Below are positions 37,915 through 48,339 of a stretch of 64,000 nucleotides of DNA, one piece after another (position 1 is the first letter of the stretch; the number at the start of each line of letters is the position of its first letter). The position numbers were made by a program, and so were the translations under genes. Under the pieces are notes generated by a model. That model saw nothing but the letters and a program-made list of their open reading frames with translations. It had not been told where the DNA came from and ran no database searches. The DNA lies in IMG/VR virus record IMGVR_UViG_3300042341_001047; one strand, given 5' to 3'. Source of the stretch: a virus.

Positions 37915-39156
37915 TTAAATAATTCTAAATTCTTCTAATAATTTTGTCTGGAAAATTGCCCAAACGCAATCCCTGTATTTCTTTTGCATGATTATACTAT
38001 CATGTACAGTAACAACTTTAATTTCAGGATAAAGTGTAATTATTTGTCTTATTATTTGATTGAAAATTAAATTACTCTCAGCCTTCTGTAAATCATATGC
38101 TAGTATTCGATAATCACCATGTTCTTTTTTATACAATTTTATAAAATTATGAATAGTCGGGAAAAGATTTGAGAAGACTTTATCAGCCTTACTATTTGAA
38201 CCATTTCTACCAAAAAGAACTTTATAGGTCATTTCTTTTACATTATTTCTATCACTACTACCAATTGAATTCATAACATACTGGTAATAGTTGCCACTTA
38301 TAGTTAACTCCTTAAATAATTGAAACTCTTCCTCTTTAACCCATTTACTTCCAATATCTTGAATCATCTTTGCTAAAAACAAAGGTTGACTATTTTTAAT
38401 ATCTATTTCAGAAGTTTCCTCACCATCTATCAATAAACAATTTTTTCTAATAAAGGATTTTAATATGGTAAAGTTTGTATGCATCCTACCATAATTATCA
38501 AAATGATAGAATATGTGTTTATCATTTATACACTCAACTGAATATCTATTACGATTATAAACATCAGTATCATCTTGTTTCAACGCATCAAGATAGAATA
38601 TAGACCTATCAAACTGCACTTGAACACTAAATAAATCATCTACAAGCTTAATCTTAATATCATTGTCAATTAATGACTTTTTATCATCTACATCATTCTC
38701 TTCTATTTGTGATATTTTGTTTTTATATTTTTTAAGAAGAACCTTATCACAATTATTATATCGTATAATTTTACCTCTTAAAATATATTCATTTATTGCG
38801 TAGATTCTAGAATTTTTACCTTTTTGATGTTTTGATAAAAGAACAATAACTCCCTTTTCAATGAGGAAGTCCATATAGTAATTATATAAATACCCATACT
38901 TCTCTTTGAGAATGGAAGCCATTAAACTAAATTTATTATTTTTTCTAAAATAATATTTAAGTATAAGGTTATGTAATATATCAACTATATACGCTGATTT
39001 TAATTTTTCACCTTTGTATGTAAAGTTTTTTTGTTTTGATATCTCTTCTAAAGAGACTGGTAGGAATTGTAAGCTATGTTTTTTATTCTCTAAATTCTTC
39101 TTAATTGACTGATATGATTCTATATCACTTAACTTAACTACACTTGAAACTGTCAT
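37915..39156 (-). CDS. small family-A-polymerase-like protein (palm/fingers only)
   Basis: GRMHT, motif A EIDIKNSQP, motif B RNNVKEMTYKVLFG, LQKAES, motif C TVHDS. Confidence 0.7.
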   Translation of the reverse strand: MTVSSVVKLSDIESYQSIKKNLENKKHSLQFLPVSLEEISKQKNFTYKGEKLKSAYIVDILHNLILKYYFRKNNKFSLMASILKEKYGYLYNYYMDFLIEKGVIVLLSKHQKGKNSRIYAINEYILRGKIIRYNNCDKVLLKKYKNKISQIEENDVDDKKSLIDNDIKIKLVDDLFSVQVQFDRSIFYLDALKQDDTDVYNRNRYSVECINDKHIFYHFDNYGRMHTNFTILKSFIRKNCLLIDGEETSEIDIKNSQPLFLAKMIQDIGSKWVKEEEFQLFKELTISGNYYQYVMNSIGSSDRNNVKEMTYKVLFGRNGSNSKADKVFSNLFPTIHNFIKLYKKEHGDYRILAYDLQKAESNLIFNQIIRQIITLYPEIKVVTVHDSIIMQKKYRDCVWAIFQTKLLEEFRII

Positions 39157-39196
39157 AGATTTTATATAAAAAATCCTGGTTTATGTTTGTAATAAA

Positions 39197-39412
39197 CTAG
39201 ATATTATTAAAAATTTTATTGATAGAATTTTTACGATTAGAAGCCCTTTCTTTAATAAGTTCAGCTCTTAAAAGATTCTCAAGATCTTTTTCAATATCAG
39301 TATTATGATATGAACTTATATCCTTAATCATTTCAGTGGTCCAAGTAGCTTTAATAGCTCTTGTTTCTGCTTTAACTTCAATAGAAGTCATATTAAGATT
39401 AATTGATTTCAT
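39197..39412 (-). CDS. 71-aa gp23-like capsid fragment with RKNSINKIF tag
   Basis: VKAETRAIKATWTTEMIKDISSYHNTDIEKDLENLLRAEL resembles the conserved gp23 segment (vxAxsRxLKAxy/wtxElaqDlxaxHgxDaexeL). Confidence 0.6.
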   Translation of the reverse strand: MKSINLNMTSIEVKAETRAIKATWTTEMIKDISSYHNTDIEKDLENLLRAELIKERASNRKNSINKIFNNI

Positions 39413-40755
39413 TATTTAGTTAAACTAGGTGGTTCCTTACTAGTTGATTCAGGAGTTATAGGTAATTTACCACCTTTACCTTTTTTCTTCTTTTCACCAG
39501 CTCCTTTTTCAAATTCTGAGTAAACATCAGGATAAACTTCACCTTCTCCATCTTTGTCATATTGAATATCAAAGAAGTCACCAAAATCAAGTAATCCAGA
39601 TCTTGTTAACTCAACCTCATGTAATTTATTAAGATATCTATCAATATATTTATCAATATCATCTACAAATCCATTAAATAAAATAACCGTATTATCAGTA
39701 AAAACACCAATTGGCTTTTTTCTTTTTTTGTTAAATGAACCCAATATAGCTTTGAATATATACTCAAGTTTACCACTTTCTCTTATGTAATCTTTTGTTA
39801 ATTTATTTGAAATAAGTTCAGTATTAATTTTAAATTTCTCTTTATCAAAGAATTCAGGAACTACAAATTCAAAATTTAATAAATCTTCTTTTACTTCAGA
39901 AACATAGATATTAAATAGTTTACATATTAAGTAAATGTAAACCTCATCTTTTTTATCACCTTTAAGTTTAATTTCATCTAAATTAAACGACTGACAAAAA
40001 TTTAAAAAGTTAATTAAAATAAGTGTATAGATTTCAACAAATTCAGTTGAATTACTATCATTCATTCTTTTATATAAAGGGTTAAGTATTTCAAATGAAA
40101 TATCCGTATCTTTTGATCTAACTATTAATTTCTCTAAATTAGATTGATAATCTTCTTCATCCATTAGAAATGAATTAGTAGAACTTGGATTAAGTATTTT
40201 ATAGAAAAAGAAAGCGAATGATTTCTCACCAAACACATACTCTAAATCATCCTCACTTGTATTAACAAAGTATTTAATAGCTTCTATAGCTCTTTCAGAT
40301 ATCTTCCCTTGGAAAACCACCGGTAGAACATCAACATCAAATAGTCTTGAATACTCATCTAACTCTTCTACTCCAAATTCATATTTACCACCTTTATTAA
40401 TAGTGGTTAAAACTAAATGATTTTTAGGAACTCTTGAATATTGTATATTTGCTGGTTGACTATCTGGAAAATATTCAAAACAGAACCACCATTTTTTATT
40501 AAGTAATGATTTAACTCTATTATCTAAACCATTAAGATAATTAATAGCAGGGTTGTAATAATTCTGCATAGCTAAATCAATTAAATTAATTGATTCACTA
40601 CCGATGGATTTAGGTCTTATGTTAAATTCCTTACCATCCCAGTTAACCCATATTTTTGAACCTTGTATATCTTCAAATACAATTATTTCATTTCCAAAAA
40701 TTGAATCTAATATTTCTTGGTCATTTTCACCATTTAATGTAACTAATCTACTCAT
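39412..40755 (-). CDS. RNA-ligase-2-like fold protein, probably inactive
   Basis: VFEDIQGSKI aligns with motif I EKxDGS but lacks the Lys; FCFEYF, LPVVFQG and LEKLIVR resemble motifs III-IV. Confidence 0.45.
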   Translation of the reverse strand: MSRLVTLNGENDQEILDSIFGNEIIVFEDIQGSKIWVNWDGKEFNIRPKSIGSESINLIDLAMQNYYNPAINYLNGLDNRVKSLLNKKWWFCFEYFPDSQPANIQYSRVPKNHLVLTTINKGGKYEFGVEELDEYSRLFDVDVLPVVFQGKISERAIEAIKYFVNTSEDDLEYVFGEKSFAFFFYKILNPSSTNSFLMDEEDYQSNLEKLIVRSKDTDISFEILNPLYKRMNDSNSTEFVEIYTLILINFLNFCQSFNLDEIKLKGDKKDEVYIYLICKLFNIYVSEVKEDLLNFEFVVPEFFDKEKFKINTELISNKLTKDYIRESGKLEYIFKAILGSFNKKRKKPIGVFTDNTVILFNGFVDDIDKYIDRYLNKLHEVELTRSGLLDFGDFFDIQYDKDGEGEVYPDVYSEFEKGAGEKKKKGKGGKLPITPESTSKEPPSLTK

Positions 40756-40815
40756 TGTGCTTGATTTTTGTTTTTTATCAATAGGGTATATATAAAAATA
40801 TATAACGTCTATAAT

Positions 40816-42651
40816 CTATCTATTATCTATGTAAATGATTACTTCACAGTAATATTCAATAAAGTGTTCATTCCACAAATCCCATTTGATATCAACACCA
40901 TCAAATGAGTAAACTTGTATGTTATTAAATTTAGGAAGTATGTTTTTTCTAAACCATCTAAATTTACATTTATCAAATGTTTCATTATCTCTTAAATGGA
41001 ATTCAGTAACAATTTTTGGAATTGTTTTTAAGAATTCAATATTACTTGGTTGGAATACATCATATTCACCACCCTCACAATCACATTTTAAGAAATCAAT
41101 TTTATCAATTCCATTTTCATCTAAAAATTCTCTAAATGTAAATGTTGGAACACTTTCTGTAACATTATCCCAAGATATTTCAATTTTCTTTTTATCTGTA
41201 ATTGCTCCCTGAATTATTTTCACATTATCTTTACCAACATTTTTATTTAATATATCAATTTGATGTGATAAAGGCTCAACAACATAACATTGTTTTGGAT
41301 TTTTTGGTAGAATTTTATATGTGAATGGACCTATAGACGCTCCTAAATCCACAACAATATCACCTTCTTCTACTTCAAAAAATCTTTCATATGTATTATC
41401 CTCAAATACTTCTTTGATTGCAGCATCTACATACTGATTATCTTTTTTACCCCAATCAAAATTTTGATAATCATTTTCTTCTACTTCACCGTTGATAATT
41501 TTATTGATTTGTTTAATCACCATATCAGAACCTATTTTTTTTGTACACTCAAACATACGTTCTGTATTTTTGTGTTTTGGACACCAATTCCAATCACCAG
41601 CATCTAATCTATCACTATTAAAACATCCATGACAAACTGACTTATTAATTACTCTATAAGTATTTAACAAAGTTTCAGCCCATTCTTCACTAAACCCAGA
41701 TATTAAAACAACAGGTAATCCGATTGACCAAGCTAACCAACTTAATCCAGATGCAAGTCCAATAAAAAACTCACAAGTTGACATATCACTTATAACATCT
41801 TTCATAGAACCACCTGGGAATTTTTGTATTCCTTTTGGTTGAAAGTTACCCATATATCCATCATTCTCTCTGGAATAAAGAACAACTTCATATCCCTTTT
41901 TAATTAAGTAATTCACAACTTCTTGCCATCCTGTTGGATTATTCCAATATTTTGCTTGTGCGGTTGAGTGCATAGCAAATCCAACTCTTTTCTTTTTAGT
42001 TGTAGAGATATTAGGAAGATTAGCAGAAACTTCTTTATAATCAAGTCCTAATATATCACTTGCTGTTTGTTGAAGTGGTATTTTCTTAAAATCTTTTGGA
42101 TTCAAATTTTGATTAAATAATCCATTGTTATAAAACCATCCGATTTTATAGTGAGCATAAATATTCTCAAATCCTTGCCCTGGGCTTACAAATTCTAAAT
42201 CAGGATATTGGTCAATAAATAAATCGTTCATAAATGTAGATATTGCTACCTGACATGAATGTTTCTTTCTGAACTCTTCAGCATATGGGAACCAAGCAAG
42301 TGTATCTCCTAAGGCTTTTGACTCAAGTGAAATATAAACCTTTTTACCAGTAAAATCTATCTTTTGGTCATAAACAACCTGGTCTTTTTTAGTTATTCTA
42401 ACTCTCCAATCAGCATAATACTCCCTATTAACTTTGGTCCACATACCACATCTTATATTAGATGAGTGTACTAGCCTATCTCCATCAATAAATTCAACTA
42501 AAAAGTTATCTTTAGAATTTCCTGATATCTCAACAGTAGGATTTCTTAAAAAAGAAACATTAAAGTTATACTTCTCTGGAATTTTATTTTCTGTAATAGA
42601 GGTACTATTATAAGCGTTAATATATTTCTGTGTTGTTAAAAATGTACTCAT
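40816..42651 (-). CDS. autotransporter O-heptosyltransferase (TibC/AAH-like) fused to an FkbM methyltransferase
   Basis: ALGDTLAWFP, GLASGLSWLAW, VVLISGFS, CHGCFN..WCP..FEC Cys motif; C-terminal VDLGASIG, LKCDCEGGE. Confidence 0.82.
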   Translation of the reverse strand: MSTFLTTQKYINAYNSTSITENKIPEKYNFNVSFLRNPTVEISGNSKDNFLVEFIDGDRLVHSSNIRCGMWTKVNREYYADWRVRITKKDQVVYDQKIDFTGKKVYISLESKALGDTLAWFPYAEEFRKKHSCQVAISTFMNDLFIDQYPDLEFVSPGQGFENIYAHYKIGWFYNNGLFNQNLNPKDFKKIPLQQTASDILGLDYKEVSANLPNISTTKKKRVGFAMHSTAQAKYWNNPTGWQEVVNYLIKKGYEVVLYSRENDGYMGNFQPKGIQKFPGGSMKDVISDMSTCEFFIGLASGLSWLAWSIGLPVVLISGFSEEWAETLLNTYRVINKSVCHGCFNSDRLDAGDWNWCPKHKNTERMFECTKKIGSDMVIKQINKIINGEVEENDYQNFDWGKKDNQYVDAAIKEVFEDNTYERFFEVEEGDIVVDLGASIGPFTYKILPKNPKQCYVVEPLSHQIDILNKNVGKDNVKIIQGAITDKKKIEISWDNVTESVPTFTFREFLDENGIDKIDFLKCDCEGGEYDVFQPSNIEFLKTIPKIVTEFHLRDNETFDKCKFRWFRKNILPKFNNIQVYSFDGVDIKWDLWNEHFIEYYCEVIIYIDNR

Positions 42652-43585
42652 CTTTGTTTAATGTTTTTTTTATTGCCTGTGTGTCAATTTCTGTATAACC
42701 ACTAAGGAATGTAATATTTTCATGACTACTATAAGAACCACAATATGTTTTTAAATCAAACATAAGTATTGGAATATCATAACATAAAACTTCTTTTATA
42801 ACTAATGGGTTAAGTTCTAATGTAGAAGTAAATAAAAGCATATCAGAAGCCATTATGAAATCTTCAACATCCGATCTTTCTCCCCAGACTATACAATTCT
42901 CTGGTTTATTATTCATTAATGGTTCCCAATAACTTCTGAAGTTTTCAGCTTGGTTTCCTAAAAAATGAAACTTTATCTTCTCATTCAATAATAATCTAGC
43001 GATATCAAAAATATAAGCTTGATTTTTACCAGGAGTGAATAATCCAATGTTTATAATATGTTTATATCCATCATCTAATCCTAATCGAGTCTTTGCTTCG
43101 GAATCTATCTCTTTTTTATCTATTGGATATTCAATAACAACAGAATCAACTCCAAAGTGACTATACATATTTTTAGACCACTCTGAAACAAAAATAAATT
43201 TATCTGGTAAGTTTACTTTTGAAATTGATTTATCATCAGACCCATGTGTTGTTTCTATTATTTTATATGTTCTATCTTCTTTAAAAATGAAATTACACAC
43301 CTCTATATCCATAAAAGTTTCCGAGAATTCCTCAATGTGTATTATATCAGGTTTTATATTAGTCAATAAGTCAATTAACTTATTTTTATCTCCAAATATT
43401 GGAATAAATCTATCACCAATCAAATCAATAACTTTATTTCTTTGAACAACGTATTGTGATGATAAAAAACTATATTCTATACAATAAATTTCATAGAACT
43501 CTCTTAACATCTCAATTCTTTTTAGAACAAATTGAGGACACCCACCAGTTGACATATGGGGTGTTATAATAATTAGTTTTTCCAT
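42617..43585 (-). CDS. GT4 (GT-B) glycosyltransferase
   Basis: PHMSTGGCPQ, IGLFTPGKNQ, WGERSDV, ELNPLVIKE. Confidence 0.82.
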   Translation of the reverse strand: MEKLIIITPHMSTGGCPQFVLKRIEMLREFYEIYCIEYSFLSSQYVVQRNKVIDLIGDRFIPIFGDKNKLIDLLTNIKPDIIHIEEFSETFMDIEVCNFIFKEDRTYKIIETTHGSDDKSISKVNLPDKFIFVSEWSKNMYSHFGVDSVVIEYPIDKKEIDSEAKTRLGLDDGYKHIINIGLFTPGKNQAYIFDIARLLLNEKIKFHFLGNQAENFRSYWEPLMNNKPENCIVWGERSDVEDFIMASDMLLFTSTLELNPLVIKEVLCYDIPILMFDLKTYCGSYSSHENITFLSGYTEIDTQAIKKTLNKDEYIFNNTEIY

Positions 43586-43640
43586 ACCCTCTTATATAAA
43601 AAATTAAAATATAAGTTTCTATTTTTTAATATATACATTT

Positions 43641-44387
43641 ATGAAAGTTAATAAATATTTTGAATTTGTTCAGGCTGACTTAGAACCTATTAAGTCTTTT
43701 TATATTAAAGATGAGTTGAATCCTAAATTATGGGATAACTTTGAATTAGATGGAGAAGTCAGAGAACAATTGATTAAAATCGCTCAAGACTTTTACGAAT
43801 CAACTGAGCTTAAAGCCGATGTTAAAGATATTATACTAACAGGGTCTTTAGCTAATTACAATTGGTCAGAAAAATACTCTGATTATGACTTACACATTCT
43901 AATTGATTTCGATGATGTTGATGATAATGTTGAGTTGGTTAAAAAGTTTGCTGATGCTGCTAAGAAAAACTGGAATGATGAACATGATATCAAAATAAAA
44001 GGATATGAAGTAGAAGTTTATATACAAGATATTGATGAACCACATAAATCAAGTGGTGTTTTCTCACTACTTAATGATAAATGGAATGTTAGACCAGAAA
44101 AGATAGAATTTGAACCAGATGAAGAAGCTCTTAGAGAAAAGGCAAAATCAGTAATGATGTCTGTTGATGGATTAGAAGAAGAAGTAGATGAAGACAAATA
44201 TGAAAAATTCCATGAAAAGTTAAATAAAGTATGGGATAAAATTAAAAACTACAGAAAAAGTGGATTAGAAGAAGAAGGTGGTGAATTATCACTTGGAAAT
44301 CTTGTATTCAAACTACTTAGAAGAAATGGATACATTGAGAAGATTATGAAACTTAAAAGAAAGTCATATGATAAACAATTCAATTAA
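43641..44387 (+). CDS. Pol-beta-superfamily nucleotidyltransferase
   Basis: LTGSLANYNW...SDYDLHI (GS...DxD) and EVEVY third acidic residue. Confidence 0.8.
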   Translation: MKVNKYFEFVQADLEPIKSFYIKDELNPKLWDNFELDGEVREQLIKIAQDFYESTELKADVKDIILTGSLANYNWSEKYSDYDLHILIDFDDVDDNVELVKKFADAAKKNWNDEHDIKIKGYEVEVYIQDIDEPHKSSGVFSLLNDKWNVRPEKIEFEPDEEALREKAKSVMMSVDGLEEEVDEDKYEKFHEKLNKVWDKIKNYRKSGLEEEGGELSLGNLVFKLLRRNGYIEKIMKLKRKSYDKQFN

Positions 44388-44389
44388 AT

Positions 44390-45082
44390 ATGGAAATTAA
44401 AATATCAGAAATAGAACAAATATTCAAAGATATCTTTGAAGAAGAAGGTGTCGTAAATACGGTAGAATCCGTATACGAAATGTCACCTGAGGAAGACTTC
44501 TATAAGTTAGTTATCTCAATTCATGGATTAGCGGTACAAGATGTATCAATAATACATACTAAATTTATATTCAAAGCTGATTTAGATAAGAGAAATATAA
44601 TAGAAAATTCATTTATATATCTATATGATTTAAATTGTGTTTATCATAAAATTGAATTCTCTAATGTAGTCGATATGAAGAAGAAGATAGAGGATATAAT
44701 AGAATCTAATAACTTTGGAGAAGACTTACAAATTCTTTCAGATTTTATTGAAGCACCATCTATGTTCTTAAACTACTATATGAGAAGAGCAAAGATTACA
44801 GATTACTCAATCTTTGACGTAGAGTATGAACCTAAGTTCAAAACAACTCCTTGTGATAAAACAACATTCGATTTTAAAATAAACATTAATAATAACTATA
44901 ATATGGAGTTATCTATACAAAAAATAGATAGAACTGATAAAGAAGAATTAGATACTTATAAATTTCAATTCAAATTTATGGATGAAATAGAGACTATTGA
45001 AACAGACACATTAAAAAATGTTCACTTCTTTATAGGAGATAATATAGCTGCCATACTTGATAAAAAATTGAAAAATAAGTAG
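44390..45082 (+). CDS. hypothetical protein
   Basis: 230-aa ORF in operon. Confidence 0.6.
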   Translation: MEIKISEIEQIFKDIFEEEGVVNTVESVYEMSPEEDFYKLVISIHGLAVQDVSIIHTKFIFKADLDKRNIIENSFIYLYDLNCVYHKIEFSNVVDMKKKIEDIIESNNFGEDLQILSDFIEAPSMFLNYYMRRAKITDYSIFDVEYEPKFKTTPCDKTTFDFKININNNYNMELSIQKIDRTDKEELDTYKFQFKFMDEIETIETDTLKNVHFFIGDNIAAILDKKLKNK

Positions 45083-45747
45083 TGAGATATTTAGAAAAAT
45101 TTGTAACATACTTAAATGAATCTTCTGAAGATATAACAGATTTATCTAAAGAAGATTTAGATGAGTTATTAATTCCTATTACTGACCTAGGAATTGAATA
45201 TTCTTTTTCAGAACCGAGAACTATAACTGAAGGTGAATTTTCCGGATATAAATCTATTAATATAATATTTAGAAACTCTTTTAAATTAGGACCATCTGGT
45301 GGATACACTGAACAAATTATTGATGATAAGTTTTGGGAATTTTTAGATGAGTTAATAGCTCTTAAAAATCGTTTAGAAAGCTCTAGAGTTTCAATAAATC
45401 CACATATGAGACATCATATAATAGTTACTTTTATACAAAAAGCTAAAGTTGAAGGAAGTTTATTTTTAGTTCAACAACTTTTCAACGAGATGAGTAAAAG
45501 AACAAATGTTTCTAAAAGTGACTTTTCAAATAATATGACTAAAAGATTACATAAAGAAGACTTGAAAATTGTTGTTAATTGTAGTAATGGTTATAGAGAA
45601 GGTGCTTATACCGATAGAAAGTGGAATGGTCTTTTTAGAGGTATAGATTTTTCTAAATTTAATGTTGAAAAGGAAATTACTGAAGATAGTTATGGTGATA
45701 AAAGTGCTATCATTACAATAACACTAAAACCCGAATTTAGAGATTAA
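45082..45747 (+). CDS. hypothetical protein with capsid-targeting-like leader
   Basis: GTG start, MRYLEKFVTYLNES. Confidence 0.6.
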   Translation: MRYLEKFVTYLNESSEDITDLSKEDLDELLIPITDLGIEYSFSEPRTITEGEFSGYKSINIIFRNSFKLGPSGGYTEQIIDDKFWEFLDELIALKNRLESSRVSINPHMRHHIIVTFIQKAKVEGSLFLVQQLFNEMSKRTNVSKSDFSNNMTKRLHKEDLKIVVNCSNGYREGAYTDRKWNGLFRGIDFSKFNVEKEITEDSYGDKSAIITITLKPEFRD

Positions 45748-45773
45748 TATATACAAAAAAGTAATTCTATAAA

Positions 45774-46202
45774 ATGACTTATAAAGAAAATACACCTACA
45801 TTCAATGTAAATAGAAAAGTAGTTAACTTTAAAGACTTCTTGTCCGATCCAAAAGGAGAAGAAACAGATTTAAAAAAAGTTAGAAGATCAACTAAGCCTA
45901 ATTCTGAAGACCAACAACACGTTGGGAACTCAAGATATAAATTCAATAAAACAACTCGTAAAATGGATGATTTAAGTCCTGCTGAAATAGATGATAGTAT
46001 TGAAGCTATTGAGGATTTCGAAGGAACTAATGAAAATGTTGATGTTGAGGATAAAAAAATAGAAATATGGAATAGTATAACAGACATGACTCAAGATAGA
46101 CATGCTCCAAAACTTGATAAATGGATAAATAGTTTAAGTGAAGAAGAACTTAATATTATCTATAATAGTATTAAAAAAAACGATTTGTTATCTAAATTTT
46201 AA
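45774..46202 (+). CDS. hypothetical protein
   Basis: 142 aa; TAATATATA upstream. Confidence 0.6.
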   Translation: MTYKENTPTFNVNRKVVNFKDFLSDPKGEETDLKKVRRSTKPNSEDQQHVGNSRYKFNKTTRKMDDLSPAEIDDSIEAIEDFEGTNENVDVEDKKIEIWNSITDMTQDRHAPKLDKWINSLSEEELNIIYNSIKKNDLLSKF

Positions 46203-46203
46203 T

Positions 46204-46232
46204 AAAAAACTCAGAGAAATCTGAGTTTTTTT
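46204..46232. terminator. bidirectional intrinsic terminator
   Basis: aaaaaactcaga-gaaa-tctgagttttttt. Confidence 0.85.
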
Positions 46233-46455
46233 ATTTAAGTATTTTATTTAGTTTATATTCTCTTTTATCTTCTAATTCAAGTGGTTCAGCTATTAACTCA
46301 CCATCCGATATTTTAATTTGCCATTTATTACCGGTCTTCTCATCTAATAGAACTAACTTACTAATAACTGTACAACCATCAACATCAACATTAATTGCGG
46401 TTGAGTTTGATGAACTATTTATATTAAATACACTAGGATTACAAGCTCTTGCCAT
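46231..46455 (-). CDS. small protein with C-terminal REYKLNKIL tag
   Basis: 74 aa. Confidence 0.55.
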   Translation of the reverse strand: MARACNPSVFNINSSSNSTAINVDVDGCTVISKLVLLDEKTGNKWQIKISDGELIAEPLELEDKREYKLNKILK

Positions 46456-47188
46456 CTAAAATATTATCAATTTTTATATCTCTTTGTAAAGACGTATATT
46501 GTTTAAATGCCTCAGAAGTTTCATCTTCAATTACAAAAAATAATTTAGAGTCATTTACATTATAATCAATATCATATTCTATGACAATTCTCGGAGCGAA
46601 TGATCCAGGATAAGGTGTTTCATAAGCTTTCATTTCACCTACATTAAATTCAACTGCATTAAACAAACAAATTCTACCATCATTAAATTTCATATATGGA
46701 TCACTATAAACTTCAACACTACCTCCTAATTTACCATAACACTGAGGTTCACCTCCATTTTTCAAATCATGTGTTGTCATATAAGGTGAGAAAGCCGAAC
46801 TATCTTGTAATTCAGAGGCTATAAGTCCAGTAGTAATTAAGTTATTATAATTATCTCCAGTTAACAAACTTACTAATTGCTCAAGATATTTCCTACCATT
46901 CATTAATGAGCCATCAGGTCTTAAGTCTAAGTAATCAAATTTATGAGTAGTAAATAATCTCTTAGTGAGAGTTCTAATAATACTATTTGAAATTTCATTT
47001 TTAATAGCATTAACTAGATGAGGTTCCATATCTATATTAAGATATTCATTTTTCATTTCTGATGTTAAAACGGGAACTGAAAACTTTTTAGTCTCAAAAT
47101 TAGTAAGGTTTTTATTTTCGACCATCCAACGTTGAGAGGTAATAAAATCTCTTGTATTACTATTAAATAAATCTACTATGCTATTCAT
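46439..47188 (-). CDS. truncated major-capsid-protein paralogue with RDIKIDNIL tag
   Basis: MEPHLVN~MESILVN; LITTGLIASELQD~LITNGGLAAALQD; VYSDPYMKFNDGRI~IYVDPYMRYNDNRI; SFAPRI~TFAPRM. Confidence 0.7.
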   Translation of the reverse strand: MNSIVDLFNSNTRDFITSQRWMVENKNLTNFETKKFSVPVLTSEMKNEYLNIDMEPHLVNAIKNEISNSIIRTLTKRLFTTHKFDYLDLRPDGSLMNGRKYLEQLVSLLTGDNYNNLITTGLIASELQDSSAFSPYMTTHDLKNGGEPQCYGKLGGSVEVYSDPYMKFNDGRICLFNAVEFNVGEMKAYETPYPGSFAPRIVIEYDIDYNVNDSKLFFVIEDETSEAFKQYTSLQRDIKIDNILDGKSL

Positions 47189-47385
47189 ATCAGTTGAAAT
47201 CTTCTTTGTCCATCCTCAGAAGTTGAGTTCCAAATATCTAATGGTCTAACATAAATAGAACCAAAGTTGATAGATTTATAAACTACCAACTTTTCTCCTG
47301 TTTCTGTATGAGTGGCTAAAGTAATTACTTCGTAAGTACCTCCTTTATAATGTTTATATCTCTGTCTCGGTAGTGGATACTCCAT
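47185..47385 (-). CDS. DUF1653-family protein
   Basis: YKHYKGGTYEV...HTETGEKLVVY...YVRP. Confidence 0.85.
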   Translation of the reverse strand: MEYPLPRQRYKHYKGGTYEVITLATHTETGEKLVVYKSINFGSIYVRPLDIWNSTSEDGQRRFQLI

Positions 47386-48337
47386 GATTGATGTTTAATT
47401 TTTTACCAGTAGTTGGGTCATAATTCATAATTAGTAACTCAACTCCTTTTTCTTGTTCTTTTTTAGTATCTGAGTTATTCCCACCTTGAGCAGAACTTCT
47501 AAATACTTCTTTCTCAGTCCAAATATATTGGTCTCTTGGTAACAATTCTTCTAATAAAGGAAAATAGTAATAAGATAATGACCAACGAGATTTTGAATTT
47601 TTAATTAGATCCAATAGTCTTCTATGAGAAGCTGGTCCAAATACTCCTTCTTTATCAGCTCCATACCAAGATAATCTTTTAGCATCATCATCACCATTTA
47701 CATCTGGTCTGTGATATGGTGGATCTAAATACAAGTAAGTATCTTCTGAGTCATATTTATTAATAAGTTCTTCAAAATCAACATTATTGAACTCTTTAAT
47801 AGATTTTAACTTTGCAGTGTATTTGTTCTTTTTTAATTTATCAATAAGAACTTCTAATTTCAAACGGTCTTTATCTTTTTTATAACCATTAAAACCAGCA
47901 CCACGAGGATAAACTGAGTTATGAGCTGAAGTGATTAAGAAAGCATAAATAGAAGCTTTTTTGAAGTCACCTATTTCAAAATCCATATTATCTAGGAATT
48001 CATTCTTAATATATTTCTTATAAATTTCTTTATAGAAGTCCCATTTCTTTAATGGTTCTGTTTCATCTGTATGAAGTAAAGTTTTTTTCAAAGCCTCTAA
48101 ATACTTAACAAATGTTTCAGGCTCAGAACAACACTTATATAGATTCGCCTGGTGACGATTTTTATCATTATAGATAACTACATCAAACTTTAAGTTTGGG
48201 TCGTCCATATATGTTCCCATGGCTCCAGAGAATGGTTCTAAATAGGTTTTTATACTTCCATCTTTAGGAATTTTTGAATTTATGAATTCAATGAAAACAT
48301 TTGAGGATTTACCTCCAAAATAGCTTATTACACTCAT
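47354..48337 (-). CDS. dam: Dam-like (D12 class) DNA adenine methyltransferase
   Basis: SYFGGKS, LEPFSG, YND, YLDPPY, ELLIMNY. Confidence 0.85.
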   Translation of the reverse strand: MSVISYFGGKSSNVFIEFINSKIPKDGSIKTYLEPFSGAMGTYMDDPNLKFDVVIYNDKNRHQANLYKCCSEPETFVKYLEALKKTLLHTDETEPLKKWDFYKEIYKKYIKNEFLDNMDFEIGDFKKASIYAFLITSAHNSVYPRGAGFNGYKKDKDRLKLEVLIDKLKKNKYTAKLKSIKEFNNVDFEELINKYDSEDTYLYLDPPYHRPDVNGDDDAKRLSWYGADKEGVFGPASHRRLLDLIKNSKSRWSLSYYYFPLLEELLPRDQYIWTEKEVFRSSAQGGNNSDTKKEQEKGVELLIMNYDPTTGKKLNINHGVSTTETEI

Positions 48338-48339
48338 TA

